NCBI GenBank assembly: GCA_963705985.1
Contig: CAVPLK010000003.1
Coordinates: 67,745-131,744, forward strand
Direction of reading: 5' to 3'
DNA from: an uncultured Gemmatimonadales bacterium
GTDB taxonomy: Bacteria; Gemmatimonadota; Gemmatimonadetes; Gemmatimonadales; GWC2-71-9
Length of the DNA: 64,000 nucleotides
Within the stretch, counting starts at the first letter, position 1. Every line of letters starts with the position of its first letter. The notes beneath the pieces are model-generated. The model was not told the origin of the DNA and did no database searches. It worked only from the letters and a program-made list of their open reading frames with translations. Shown here in pieces: positions 47,029 through 56,588 of this stretch. The position numbers were made by a program, and so were the translations under genes.

Positions 47029-48461
47029 CAGTTGCTCCCTCCCGCGGACGTCACGTAGCCGAGTTCGAAGTCGGTTCGCCACCGCTCGGTGGGGTCAGCG
47101 CGGTCGTAGAGCAGCGCGCCGTCGATCCAGACCTTCTCGGCGTGGGTGTAAATGCTGAACGGGTTCCCGGACCAGAGGACGATGTCGGCGTTCTTCCCGA
47201 CCTCGATCGATCCGATCCGGTCGTCGAGGCCCAGCGCCCAGGCAGGATTGATGGTCATCCACTCCACGGCGTGGTCCTCGGAGATGTCGAGGCCGGCGGC
47301 CCGCCCTGCGGCGAGCGCCTTGGCCGTCTCCTGGTTGAGCCGCTGCGCGAAGGACTCGTCGTCGGAGTGGGTGATGGCGCGCGCACCGGCGTGATCCACC
47401 AGCGCGATGTTGGCGGGGATGCCGTCGAGCGCCTCCATCTTGAATCCGCCCCAGTCGGCCCAGAGCGAACCCGCGATCCCCTCGGTGGCGAGCACGTCGG
47501 CGATCTTGTAGGCCTCGACCCCGTGGTGAAAGGAGCGGATGGAATAGCCGAACTCCTTCGAAATATCGATCATCTGCATCATCTCATCGGCACGGTAGCA
47601 GTGGTTCTGCACCAGGATATTCCCGCGCAGCACCTCCGAGAGGGTTTCCAACGCAAGGTCTCGCTTCGGCGGGGTCTTCGTCGTGGGTTCCGCCCAGTAC
47701 TCGTCCCACGACCGCCGGTACGCCTCGGCATCGATCCACGCCTGTCGGTAGCCGGCCACGTTGCCCATCCGTGTCTGCGGTCCGCCCCGATCGCCGTACA
47801 CCCGTTTGGGGTTTTCCCCGCAGGCCATCTTCAGCCCGTACTTGGCCCCGGGGAACTTCATCCCCTGCACGCTGCGGGAGGGCACCACCTTGAGCGTGAC
47901 GCCGCGTCCGCCGAAGAGGTTCGCCGAGCCGGGCAGGACCTGCAGCGTGGTGACGCCACCGGCCAGGACCCGTGGAAACTGGGGATCCTGCGGCCAGACC
48001 GAGTGCTCGGCCCAGACGTACGCGGTGTTCGGCTTGACCGCCTCGTTGCCATCGCTGTGGGATTCCACGCCCGGGGCGGAATAGACGCCGAGATGGGAGT
48101 GGGTGTCGATGATGCCGGGGGTGACAAACTTGCCGGCGCCATCGACGACCACGGCATCGGCGGGTGCCGCCACCTGCCCGCCCACCGCCACAATCTTTCC
48201 GTCCTTCATCAGCACCGAGCCGTCCACGATCCGTGGGCCGGCCGCAGTCAGAATGGTGACATGCGTGATGACCGTCGGGCGGGAAGGGAAGGGCAGGTAG
48301 GTGCTGGGGAAGGGATTGGCGTTGGGGAGTGAGACGCCGCCGGGCCCTGGCGGGGTCTTCGGCATGCTGTCGCGCCGGGCGGAGTCGGCGCTGGCGCGCT
48401 GGGCGAGGAGGGGACCCGCCGAGGCAACGGCGACGGCGAGAATGAGGGCTAGTCGGCGCAT
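47028..48461 (-). CDS. secreted amidohydrolase-family protein
   Basis: Signal peptide. HSH metal motif (IIDTHSHLG), imidazolonepropionase-like amidohydrolase core. Confidence 0.82.
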   Translation of the reverse strand: MRRLALILAVAVASAGPLLAQRASADSARRDSMPKTPPGPGGVSLPNANPFPSTYLPFPSRPTVITHVTILTAAGPRIVDGSVLMKDGKIVAVGGQVAAPADAVVVDGAGKFVTPGIIDTHSHLGVYSAPGVESHSDGNEAVKPNTAYVWAEHSVWPQDPQFPRVLAGGVTTLQVLPGSANLFGGRGVTLKVVPSRSVQGMKFPGAKYGLKMACGENPKRVYGDRGGPQTRMGNVAGYRQAWIDAEAYRRSWDEYWAEPTTKTPPKRDLALETLSEVLRGNILVQNHCYRADEMMQMIDISKEFGYSIRSFHHGVEAYKIADVLATEGIAGSLWADWGGFKMEALDGIPANIALVDHAGARAITHSDDESFAQRLNQETAKALAAGRAAGLDISEDHAVEWMTINPAWALGLDDRIGSIEVGKNADIVLWSGNPFSIYTHAEKVWIDGALLYDRADPTERWRTDFELGYVTSAGGSN

Positions 48462-48495
48462 GGCGTGCTCGACCTCTGGCGTGGTGAATGCAAGC

Positions 48496-48522
48496 GGGGG
48501 AGCGCCCGATGGACGCTCCCCC
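48496..48522 (-). terminator. hairpin after the cytochrome c gene
   Basis: GGGGGAGCG / CGCTCCCCC 9-bp stem, 9-nt loop, weak T-tract. Confidence 0.35.
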
Positions 48523-48557
48523 AACCTATGCCCACCAGGTCGAATCGGCCACTAGGC

Positions 48558-49097
48558 CTACTTCAGCTTGGCGGCCTGCAGTTCGTCCCAGGTCCAGGGG
48601 GCGGTGCGGCCCGCGGTGGCCGATCGGACCGCCGCCACCTCGGCGGCAGTCACTGCGGAGGCTGCGTTGCCCCACGAGGCCCGAACATACGTCAACGTGG
48701 CGGCGATATCGTCATCGCTGAACTGACCCCAGGCCGCCATCGCACCGTTGTAGGTGGCCCCGTGCACGGTCAGAGGGCCCTGCATCCCGTGCAGGACGAT
48801 GGCAATGGGGACCTCCGCCGGGCCGGTGGCGATCTCCGAACCGGCCAGCGGCGGGAAGGCGTTGGGCACGCCCTGGCCTTCCGCTTGGTGGCAGGTCTGG
48901 CAGACGGCGTACTGCCCCTGCGGCATGGCCGCGGGAGTGGCGGGGGCGGCGGAGGCCGCCTCGGCCTGGGGGGCTGCTTCCTGCTTCTCGCCGCCGCAGG
49001 CCGCGAGGACGAGGGCGAGCGCGCCCAAAGTGGTGGTCCTGCCCAGGGAGGTCATCGTGGCTGTTCCTTTGCGCTGATCGGGGGTCGAGAGACTCAT
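48558..49097 (-). CDS. c-type cytochrome lipoprotein (class I, mono-haem)
   Basis: Lipobox LVLAAC, haem motif CQTCH, distal Met region YNGAMAAWG. Start shares one nt with the MbnH-like stop. Confidence 0.85.
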   Translation of the reverse strand: MSLSTPDQRKGTATMTSLGRTTTLGALALVLAACGGEKQEAAPQAEAASAAPATPAAMPQGQYAVCQTCHQAEGQGVPNAFPPLAGSEIATGPAEVPIAIVLHGMQGPLTVHGATYNGAMAAWGQFSDDDIAATLTYVRASWGNAASAVTAAEVAAVRSATAGRTAPWTWDELQAAKLK

Positions 49098-50254
49098 CAG
49101 GGGTTGGCCGGCGAGCCCTTCGGCCAGGGGTTGGAGAACGCCGGGTTGGTGATGAATGTAGAGTCAGTGAGGCTCCGGAGGAATGCCAGCACATCCGCCC
49201 GCTCAGACGGACTCAGGTCAAACCCGACGAGGAAGCCGCTCTTGTACGGGTTGGCGCTGCCGACTCCGGCGTGCGGGCCGCTGGCAATGGTCCGCCCACC
49301 CGCCATGTAATGGTCCAGGACCTCATCAAGCGTCGCGATGCTGCCGTCGTGCATGTACGGGGCGGTCAATGCGATGTTCCGGAGTGACGGCGCCTTGAAC
49401 CGACCCATGTCCTGCGGAAGCCCGGTGAACTCAATCAGTCCGACGTTGGGCGCCGGGTATCTGCCGAGCCCGTCGATGTTGTACAGGGCGTTGTTGTGGA
49501 ACTCCTTCTCCGCGAAGCCTTTCCCCTCGTAATCCGTCGAGCCGGTGAAGTTGAACCCGCCATGGCAATGGAAGCACTCCAGCCGTTCGCTGAAGAACAG
49601 CTCGCTCCCGCGCTTCGAGGCGGCCGAGATGGCGAGCGGTTTCCCCTGGCGCGCGAACCGGTCGTATGGCGAATCCCCCGAGATGAGGGTGCGCTGGAAG
49701 GCGCCCAGCGCGCGCGTGATGGTGGCGACCGAAATGGACGCCGTGTCCCCAAAGGCGGCGGGGAAGAGGCGCTGGTAGAGCGTGTCGGCCCCGAGCCGGT
49801 TGAAGAGCGCCGTTTCCTGGCCGGAGAGGCCGAGCTCGATGGGCGACTCGCCGAACATCGGCGTGAGGGCCTGGTGCTCCAGCGCCGTTTCGTTCGGATT
49901 CGCCCAGGTCAGGACCGAGGCGTACCCGGCGTTGGTCAGCCCCATGCTATTGCGGGGGTGGACCATCCCCGTGGCCCCGATCCCGGTGAGATTGGAGTCC
50001 GCGAACGCCCGCCGCTGCTCGTGGCAGGACGCGCACGAGAAGGTGCCGGTGACGGACATCCGGGCGTCGTAGAACAGCCTCCGGCCAAGCTCCACCTTCT
50101 CCACCGACATCGGGTTGTCCGCCGGGACCCTCGGCTGCGGGAACCCCGCGGGGAGGTTCCACTGGAACCCCGTCACGCCCGGCGCCGTGGGACCGTCCTC
50201 CGCGCAGGCGAGGAGGACGGCCGCGGCGGCCAGGAGGAGCAGCCGCCTGGTCAC
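49097..50254 (-). CDS. mbnH: MbnH-like di-haem cytochrome c peroxidase family enzyme
   Basis: Two CxxCH motifs (CASCH, CFHCH). RFKAPSLRNIALTAPYMHDGS motif of the bacterial CCP/MauG/MbnH family. Directly downstream of an MbnP-like gene (GTGA overlap). Confidence 0.8.
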   Translation of the reverse strand: MTRRLLLLAAAAVLLACAEDGPTAPGVTGFQWNLPAGFPQPRVPADNPMSVEKVELGRRLFYDARMSVTGTFSCASCHEQRRAFADSNLTGIGATGMVHPRNSMGLTNAGYASVLTWANPNETALEHQALTPMFGESPIELGLSGQETALFNRLGADTLYQRLFPAAFGDTASISVATITRALGAFQRTLISGDSPYDRFARQGKPLAISAASKRGSELFFSERLECFHCHGGFNFTGSTDYEGKGFAEKEFHNNALYNIDGLGRYPAPNVGLIEFTGLPQDMGRFKAPSLRNIALTAPYMHDGSIATLDEVLDHYMAGGRTIASGPHAGVGSANPYKSGFLVGFDLSPSERADVLAFLRSLTDSTFITNPAFSNPWPKGSPANP

Positions 50255-51111
50255 GGGGCGCTGCTCCTGAAAAGGGCCTGCGTGGGGAGTGGGGAGCCGT
50301 CAACGGCGGAGACGCCGAGCGCCGGCAGGATGGCGTCGCACTCGGGATCGGTGGTGCCCGACATGCAACCCGGCGCGGCGGTGTTCACATCCACGTTCGA
50401 GGAGGCGTAGAACTCCCCAACGTCCGTAATGACGAGGTCGCTGGCGACGTCAAACACCGGCAGGGAGATCTCGGCCATGTTCAGGTTGGTGCAGGCGGTC
50501 GGCGGGTCGGTCGGCGAGGCGCCGTTGCAGCCGGTGCTACCCAGATGGACGTACCAGCCGGTGGGCTGGCCGGTCGTGCCGACATCGAGGCGGAGAAACT
50601 TGTACCCGCCGTTCCAGCTCCAGAACATCTCGGTCAGATCCAGCGGCGAGGCGGCGGTGGTCGGATCCGAGTGGTTGAGCGCGAAGGGAACGCCGAGCGT
50701 GAACTTCAGGCCGGTGTAGCTCCCCTTCGCGACCGTGCCAGTCACGACGGTCCGCGTGGCCGCGGTCCCGTTGGCGCATCCCGGAGGACCGTTCTCGAAG
50801 TCCACCAGCGCGACGCCCTTTGACTGCCACGGCGCCACGCTGTCGAGGGTCACGGCGACTTCATCGCCGTTGGCCTGCACGAGGCGGACGTTCGTCACGT
50901 ACATGCGGAAATCGGTCGGCGAGATGGTCGAGCCGGTCGTGCCGATGTTGGCGTACGACTGGCCGCAGGCGAAGGCGACGCCGTTGACCTCGGCGGCGAA
51001 CTGGACGGAGACGGCCTCGGTCTGGGTGGGGTCGGTCGTGGAGTCGCTGCAGGCGACGACGAGCAGGGCTCCGACACAACCGAGGGCGGCGGCGCGGGTG
51101 AAATGCGACAT
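50251..51111 (-). CDS. mbnP: MbnP-like (metallo-mystery pair, multi-Cys) periplasmic copper-binding lipoprotein
   Basis: Lipobox LLVVAC. Motifs FACGQ, DFRMYVTNVRL, WSWNGGYKFLRLD, STGC...C as remembered for MbnP. GGAG lies 9 nt upstream of ATG 51111. Confidence 0.7.
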   Translation of the reverse strand: MSHFTRAAALGCVGALLVVACSDSTTDPTQTEAVSVQFAAEVNGVAFACGQSYANIGTTGSTISPTDFRMYVTNVRLVQANGDEVAVTLDSVAPWQSKGVALVDFENGPPGCANGTAATRTVVTGTVAKGSYTGLKFTLGVPFALNHSDPTTAASPLDLTEMFWSWNGGYKFLRLDVGTTGQPTGWYVHLGSTGCNGASPTDPPTACTNLNMAEISLPVFDVASDLVITDVGEFYASSNVDVNTAAPGCMSGTTDPECDAILPALGVSAVDGSPLPTQALFRSSAP

Positions 51112-51238
51112 TGGGGTAGCTCCGGGAAAGGCATAAGACATCGGCCGACCGGGGCGCGCACGCCGGTCAGGCGAGGCGTCCGGTCACTGGGACCGACGAC
51201 GAATTGTCAGCGGGGGAGCGCTGTTGGGAGAGTAGCGC

Positions 51239-51619
51239 TCAGGCCTGCGAGGGGGGAGGCTGCGCCAGGTGAAGGGTGAAGTCCGGACGGAGGTACGGAC
51301 GAACCTGGACTTCGGGGAGGATGCTGACGCCCAGCGCCACCACCACGGGCACCACCTGCACGGTGGTGGTGGGGAGGCTTGGGGCCGCAGCCGAACACGA
51401 CATGCCCACACACTGGCAGTCGCCGGGGCGTGGCGCCGGGGCTGGTTCGTCCGTCGGGTCGTGCGAATGGTGGCCCGCCATCGCTGCCATCGGAGGCGCG
51501 CCTTGCGTCGCTTCCATCCCGCAGCCGTGGAAACGCCCGGGCGCTGCCGAGCCCGCCGTGAAGGTCACGGCGAGGAGGAGGCTGAGCATCCATTTTGACG
51601 GGCGAGGGCGCATCGGCAT
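51239..51619 (-). CDS. small secreted Cys/His/Met-rich protein (function unknown)
   Basis: Signal-like MRPRPSKWMLSLLLAVTFTAGSA, then HGCGME, MAAMAGHHSHD, CQCVGMSC. Start uncertain (ATG 51619 or 51613, TTG 51634). Confidence 0.5.
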   Translation of the reverse strand: MPMRPRPSKWMLSLLLAVTFTAGSAAPGRFHGCGMEATQGAPPMAAMAGHHSHDPTDEPAPAPRPGDCQCVGMSCSAAAPSLPTTTVQVVPVVVALGVSILPEVQVRPYLRPDFTLHLAQPPPSQA

Positions 51620-51817
51620 TTCGGTTCGGGTCAAAGACTATTCATTCAAATATCGCGAGGGACCGGCAACGATCGCAACCCTTCAGGGTGACCGGCCGAT
51701 GTCGGCGAGGCGACCCCGTGCCTCGCTGTTTGTCGAATCCTGAGCAATGGCCTCCCAATAGGCGGCGATTGCGATAGGGAGCAGGGATGGGAGCTGCAGG
51801 GAGCCGCCTCGGTGGTT

Positions 51818-51858
51818 GTGGCAAAGAGCAGCGCCTCCCCACACGAGGAGGCGTGCTC
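51818..51858 (-). terminator. rho-independent terminator after the OMP gene
   Basis: Minus strand GGAGCACGCCTCC-loop-GGAGGCGCTGCTC followed by TTTG. Confidence 0.55.
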
Positions 51859-51890
51859 CGGGCAGTTAGGAAGCCGTCGCCGCGTCCCGA

Positions 51891-52451
51891 TCAGAACCAG
51901 GTGAATCCGAGTCCAAACTGGAAGAGGTGCAGCCGTGCGTCGACGACGCTCTCGCCGGTATCCGAGTAGCGGTAGGAGCCGCCGAACTGGCTCACGTAAT
52001 TGACGTAGGGCGACAACGCGAAATTCCGCGCCAGCCGGAAATCGTAGCCCGCGCCGATCGAGCCGGCGAATCCCGACGTCGAGAAATACGTGTAGACGGT
52101 GGAATAGGAGTATCCGAGCCCGGCCTTCAGGTAGAGCCCCTGATCGACCATCGGGTACCACTGTGCCACGCCCATGATCGCCCCGAGGGTGGGGGCGTCA
52201 TAGGCGTTGCTGCTCCCGACCCAGCCGTTGGTCTCCGCGGCCAGGAAGAGCGAGGGATTGAGGTACCCGCCGAGCCTGAGATAGCCGGAGAGCTCGGTGC
52301 TGGCCAGCTCGTCGCAGTCGTCGCAGAAGTTGGCGCTGCCGGCGCCGAGGCCGAGGCTGATGCCGAATCCTTGCCGGGTCTGGGGGTGCTGCGCCGTCGC
52401 GACGACCGGCAGCAGCATGAACAGGGTGAGAACTGCGGTGATGCGCTTCAT
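51891..52451 (-). CDS. small outer-membrane beta-barrel protein
   Basis: Signal peptide ending ATAQ, alternating Gly/aromatic strands, C-terminal GFTWF. Confidence 0.75.
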   Translation of the reverse strand: MKRITAVLTLFMLLPVVATAQHPQTRQGFGISLGLGAGSANFCDDCDELASTELSGYLRLGGYLNPSLFLAAETNGWVGSSNAYDAPTLGAIMGVAQWYPMVDQGLYLKAGLGYSYSTVYTYFSTSGFAGSIGAGYDFRLARNFALSPYVNYVSQFGGSYRYSDTGESVVDARLHLFQFGLGFTWF

Positions 52452-52526
52452 TGTGTGCCTCCCGAGTATGGGTCAGGCGGCGAGATGCCGCTGCACCCAT
52501 GCTGGGAGGGGTCCGTCAAGCGAGCG

Positions 52527-53561
52527 TCAAGGCGCCTGAAACCAACTCCCGACCTTGGGAAGGAGGAACTCGCTGATGCGTTGCCGCTGCATGTCCACAT
52601 GCCCACCCGTATAGGCAACGACGGTGTTCGGAATCTGGGCGTCGTCCAGAGCCGCCGCCAGGGCGAGGGACCCTGGTACAACGCTCAGCGCCCCGTCCTG
52701 CAGGCCGAACTCGATCACAATGGTCGGCGGCGGGCCCGGTTCGGCAACGAGCGTCGAGATGAGGCCGATCGGCATGCGGGCCTCCCACCGGGCCTGTACC
52801 TCCGGGACTGGCTGCAACTGCCCCGCGGAATCGGGCTCGAAAGGAAGCGTTCCGTACCATCGCCCGGGGCCCGGGGCGGGGGAGAGCGCCGCTGCCAGTG
52901 CGACCACAAGCGCGGTACCGCGGGGCGCTCCCGCAACCGGCCACGAGGTAGCCGCGGCCGCCGCGGCCCATGCCGGGCTCGCGGGAGAAAGATCTCCCAC
53001 GAAGGTGGCGCAACAGGGACTCATCGCGTAGAGCATCCCGAACAATTCAGGGTGCGCAAAGCCGAGGACGAGCGTGCCGAACCCTCCCATCGAATGCCCC
53101 GCCAGCGCGCGACCACTCCGCTCCGGAATGGTACGGTATCGGCCGTCGATGAAGCCGAGCAGGTCGTGCACCACGAAGGCGGCCCAGCCGCCGGTGGTCG
53201 GAGAGTCGGCGTAGAAGCCGCCCCCAAGCTTCGTGTCCACGTTCGGGATCACCACGATGAACTCGTCGATGGCGTGCGCCGCGATGAGACTGTCCATCGC
53301 GACCCGAAGGTCGAGACCGTCGTAGGTGCCGTCGAGCCACTCCTCCGGGGTGGAGGTGGTGCCGTGGAGCATGTAGAGCACGGGGTAGTGTCGGCCCGGA
53401 GCCGTCCGGTACGAGGGCGGCAGGTAGATGACGACGTCGCGGACCGGGCTGTCCCCTGTCAGGTTGCCGTTGAGCGCAGCGGACCGCAGGGAATCATGGA
53501 CGATTCGTCCCTGCCCCCACGCCGGAGCGGTGAGGAGCACGAGAGCCAGCAGTCCCGTCAC
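52527..53561 (-). CDS. secreted alpha/beta-hydrolase ('putative esterase' family)
   Basis: GHSMGGFG nucleophile elbow and YPVLYMLHG motif. GTG start. Confidence 0.8.
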   Translation of the reverse strand: MTGLLALVLLTAPAWGQGRIVHDSLRSAALNGNLTGDSPVRDVVIYLPPSYRTAPGRHYPVLYMLHGTTSTPEEWLDGTYDGLDLRVAMDSLIAAHAIDEFIVVIPNVDTKLGGGFYADSPTTGGWAAFVVHDLLGFIDGRYRTIPERSGRALAGHSMGGFGTLVLGFAHPELFGMLYAMSPCCATFVGDLSPASPAWAAAAAATSWPVAGAPRGTALVVALAAALSPAPGPGRWYGTLPFEPDSAGQLQPVPEVQARWEARMPIGLISTLVAEPGPPPTIVIEFGLQDGALSVVPGSLALAAALDDAQIPNTVVAYTGGHVDMQRQRISEFLLPKVGSWFQAP

Positions 53562-53577
53562 GCTGCGCAGCGCCGAT

Positions 53578-55149
53578 CTACCGCTCCCGCAGCCAGTCCG
53601 AGCGATGCTTGGCCGCCGCCAGGCCCGACAGCAGCAGGGTGGCCACCAGATAGCCGATCCGCGTTGAGCCGGTGGCCACCCCGTTCCACCCCGCGAAATC
53701 GAGTCCTGGTGTCTGCCCGCCGTTCAGGACCAGGTAGAGGAAGAGGAGGAACACCCCCATGAACGCCTTCGGCGTGCGTGACAGGAACCCGAGCGCGGTC
53801 GCGAGCGCGGCCATGAACCCGGCCGCAATGAGGAGGGAGAGCGCGGCGCCGGGGGAACCGAAGGCGATCCGAAGCGCCGGTGGAAGGCAGAACAGGAGCG
53901 CCAGGAGCGTCGCCGCCCCCATCTTGATCCAGGCATACGCCGGTTGCACCCGCGGCATGCCGAACAGCATCCCGAGCGTGCCCGCCGCCCGATCACGGGT
54001 GGAGAGGTCCGCAAGGGCGATGGCAAGGATGACCGCGACCACAAGCGGGAGCGTGTGGTGCACGGTGGCATCGGTCCCGACAGCTGTGGTCGCCAGAACC
54101 CCGAGCCACGCCAGCAGGATCAGCGGCGACTGGCACAGGGTCATGACCGTTTCTGCGAGCACCGGCCGGATGGCGGCGGGCGCGGCGGGCACGATGGAGG
54201 CTCCCGCGGCAGAGACGGGACGCGTCAGTGGCTTGAGGGCCAGGGAGAGGCGAGGAAGCAGGCGCCCACCTGAACCCTGGTCGCGTCCCCGCACTTTGGC
54301 CGGGTCGAACCGGTGAAACGAGAGACGGGCCAGCAGCAGCACTGGGATGGCGAGCAACGCCGTCGCAAGCCGGGGGATCAGCAATCCTGGAGCGAGCGAG
54401 AGGGCCGGCAGCAACCACGGATTGACGCTCGGGTCGAAGGGCGTCATGCCGATGGAGAGGCTCTGGGCACCTGTGGCCCCGTTGACTTGCCGGAGTACGA
54501 AGCCGATGCCCAGGACATCGAGAAACTGATCGCCGCCACCCTGCGCGCCGATAGCCCCGAGGGCCAGCAGAAAGGTCCAGAGGAAGAAGTACCCCACATC
54601 GCCGAGGCGGCCGGCAAGCAGCGGGACGCATTCGAAGCAGAGGGCAAGCGCCGCGACGACGAGTACCGCCGGGCCGAGAATGACGAGGTAGGTGAGGAGA
54701 TAGGTGATCGGCTCCAGCGCCCCCTCGCCACGGAGCAGGTGCATGGCCATCACGTTCAGCAGGTAAAACAGTCCCACCATCCCGAGGTAGGCGGCTCCGC
54801 CCAGCCACTTGCCCACGAGGTAGCGCAGCGAACTGACGGGCGTGGCGGCAATGATGCCGCCGGTTCGCGCCAGCAGGTCGCGGCGGAGGGCGTTGCTGAT
54901 CAGGTAGAAGCCCACGAACGTCAGCAGAAACCCGGCAAGCGCCGCCGTCGTCGTCGCGATGACCTGCGAGGTGTAGAGCGCGCGTGCACCGTTGACCACC
55001 ATCAGCGCGGAGCCGGTGGCGAGGTCCGGAATCAGCATGTACGCCATCCCGGAAAGGGCGACCACCAGCCAGAGCGTGGCGGGGCGGCGGAGCCGGAGCT
55101 TCAGGTCGGTGAGGACGATCGAGCCGATCTGGCCGGATGCCGAGGACAC
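53578..55149 (-). CDS. large polytopic ABC exporter permease (unclassified)
   Basis: 523 aa, about 12 hydrophobic helices, GTG start 3 nt after the stop of the ATPase gene. Confidence 0.7.
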   Translation of the reverse strand: MSSASGQIGSIVLTDLKLRLRRPATLWLVVALSGMAYMLIPDLATGSALMVVNGARALYTSQVIATTTAALAGFLLTFVGFYLISNALRRDLLARTGGIIAATPVSSLRYLVGKWLGGAAYLGMVGLFYLLNVMAMHLLRGEGALEPITYLLTYLVILGPAVLVVAALALCFECVPLLAGRLGDVGYFFLWTFLLALGAIGAQGGGDQFLDVLGIGFVLRQVNGATGAQSLSIGMTPFDPSVNPWLLPALSLAPGLLIPRLATALLAIPVLLLARLSFHRFDPAKVRGRDQGSGGRLLPRLSLALKPLTRPVSAAGASIVPAAPAAIRPVLAETVMTLCQSPLILLAWLGVLATTAVGTDATVHHTLPLVVAVILAIALADLSTRDRAAGTLGMLFGMPRVQPAYAWIKMGAATLLALLFCLPPALRIAFGSPGAALSLLIAAGFMAALATALGFLSRTPKAFMGVFLLFLYLVLNGGQTPGLDFAGWNGVATGSTRIGYLVATLLLSGLAAAKHRSDWLRER

Positions 55150-55151
55150 GC

Positions 55152-56009
55152 CTACGCCCCTGTCTGCATCAGGTGGACAAAGGCATCCTCGAGATCCGGC
55201 TCCACCACCGAGGCCGAGGCGAACGGCTGCGCCGCGGCCACCACCCTCACATGGACTCCGTCGGCTTGCCGGACAGCGCGCGTCACCTTGAGCCGCCCCT
55301 TCGCCTGCTCGTACTGCGCGGACGGAACCACCGCCTGCCAGACCTGTCCGCGTGCCGACTGGAGCAGCGCCTCGGGTGCGGCGCAGGTCACCAGTCGCCC
55401 CTCCCGCAGCACGGCGATGGTATCGGCCAGGGACTCGACGTCGGAGACAATGTGCGTGGACAGCAGGACGAGCTTTCCCTGGCCGAGGTCGGTGAGCAGG
55501 TGGCGGAACCGTACCCGTTCCTCGGGATCGAGGCCGGCGGTCGGTTCATCGACGATGAGCAGGGCAGGGTCGTTGAGGAGCGCCTGGGCGATGCCGAGCC
55601 GCTGCCGCATGCCGCCGGAAAAGGTGGCGGCCTGGCGGTGTGCCACCGTGTGGAGATTGACCGTTTCCAGCAGCTCGTCAATGCGGCTCCGCGACGTGAC
55701 GCCCTTGAGCCCGGCGAAGTAGCTCAGGAACTCGAAGGCGGTGAGGTTGTCGTACACCCCAAAGTCCTGCGGCAGGTAGCCGAGCTGACGGCGAAGCGCC
55801 TCCGGCTCCTTGCGGACGTCCACTCCCTGGAACTCGATCTGCCCGTCGGTCGGTCGCGTGATGGTGGCCACCATCTGCATCAGCGTCGTCTTCCCGGCGC
55901 CATTCGGTCCGAGCAGTCCGACTACGCCGGCCTTGAGGTCGAGCGAGACGTCGTTGACGGCGGTGACGCCGCCAGCGAAGCGCTTGGTGACGTGGGTGAG
56001 TGTGAGCAT
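55152..56009 (-). CDS. ABC transporter ATP-binding protein
   Basis: Walker A GPNGAGKTT, signature SGGMRQR, Walker B LLIVDEPT. Confidence 0.93.
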   Translation of the reverse strand: MLTLTHVTKRFAGGVTAVNDVSLDLKAGVVGLLGPNGAGKTTLMQMVATITRPTDGQIEFQGVDVRKEPEALRRQLGYLPQDFGVYDNLTAFEFLSYFAGLKGVTSRSRIDELLETVNLHTVAHRQAATFSGGMRQRLGIAQALLNDPALLIVDEPTAGLDPEERVRFRHLLTDLGQGKLVLLSTHIVSDVESLADTIAVLREGRLVTCAAPEALLQSARGQVWQAVVPSAQYEQAKGRLKVTRAVRQADGVHVRVVAAAQPFASASVVEPDLEDAFVHLMQTGA

Positions 56010-56102
56010 CAGGAAAAGGTAATCACCCCACCACCGGGCGGGCCGGGGAGCTGAGGCGGAGCATCGCCGCCCTCGGCCACACCGGTCCCGGGGCCCCCGG
56101 CG

Positions 56103-56561
56103 CTATCGCAATTCGAGCCGATAGGCGGCGTGGCACGTCACACACGTCTCCGTGATCGCCGCCAGGCCCTCGATCGCCGCGGCGGGCCCTGCGGAGGCAT
56201 TCGCGGCCAGGGAGTCGAAGGCGCGGTGCGTCGCCATGCCGTATTGGAGGAAGCCGCCGGGGAGGATCTTCTCGAGTGTCGGATCGGCGGCCATCACCAG
56301 CCCGGACGCGGCGGCGGCCCGCTGGATGGCTGCCGTATCGGACTGCGCCGCGCCGGCCAGGACCCCCTGCACCGAGCTCAGCATGAGACGCATCTCGGCA
56401 AGCACGGCGTCCCGGGCCTCGATCGGGAGTGGGACCGCAGTCCGGCCGTCGGCGGACTCAGTGGTGACGGTCGCGGTCTCCGGTGCGCGGGTGACGGCGC
56501 GGACGGTCCACACGGTATTGGCCGCGGTCCAGAGGGCAAGGACGATCATGGCAGTGCGCAT
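56103..56561 (-). CDS. cytochrome c-prime-like (class II, C-terminal haem site)
   Basis: Signal peptide, four-helix-bundle-like sequence, and a single CVTCH eight residues from the C-terminus. Confidence 0.7.
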   Translation of the reverse strand: MRTAMIVLALWTAANTVWTVRAVTRAPETATVTTESADGRTAVPLPIEARDAVLAEMRLMLSSVQGVLAGAAQSDTAAIQRAAAASGLVMAADPTLEKILPGGFLQYGMATHRAFDSLAANASAGPAAAIEGLAAITETCVTCHAAYRLELR

Positions 56562-56588
56562 ACAATCTCCTGGGGCGTTGTGAGGGGT

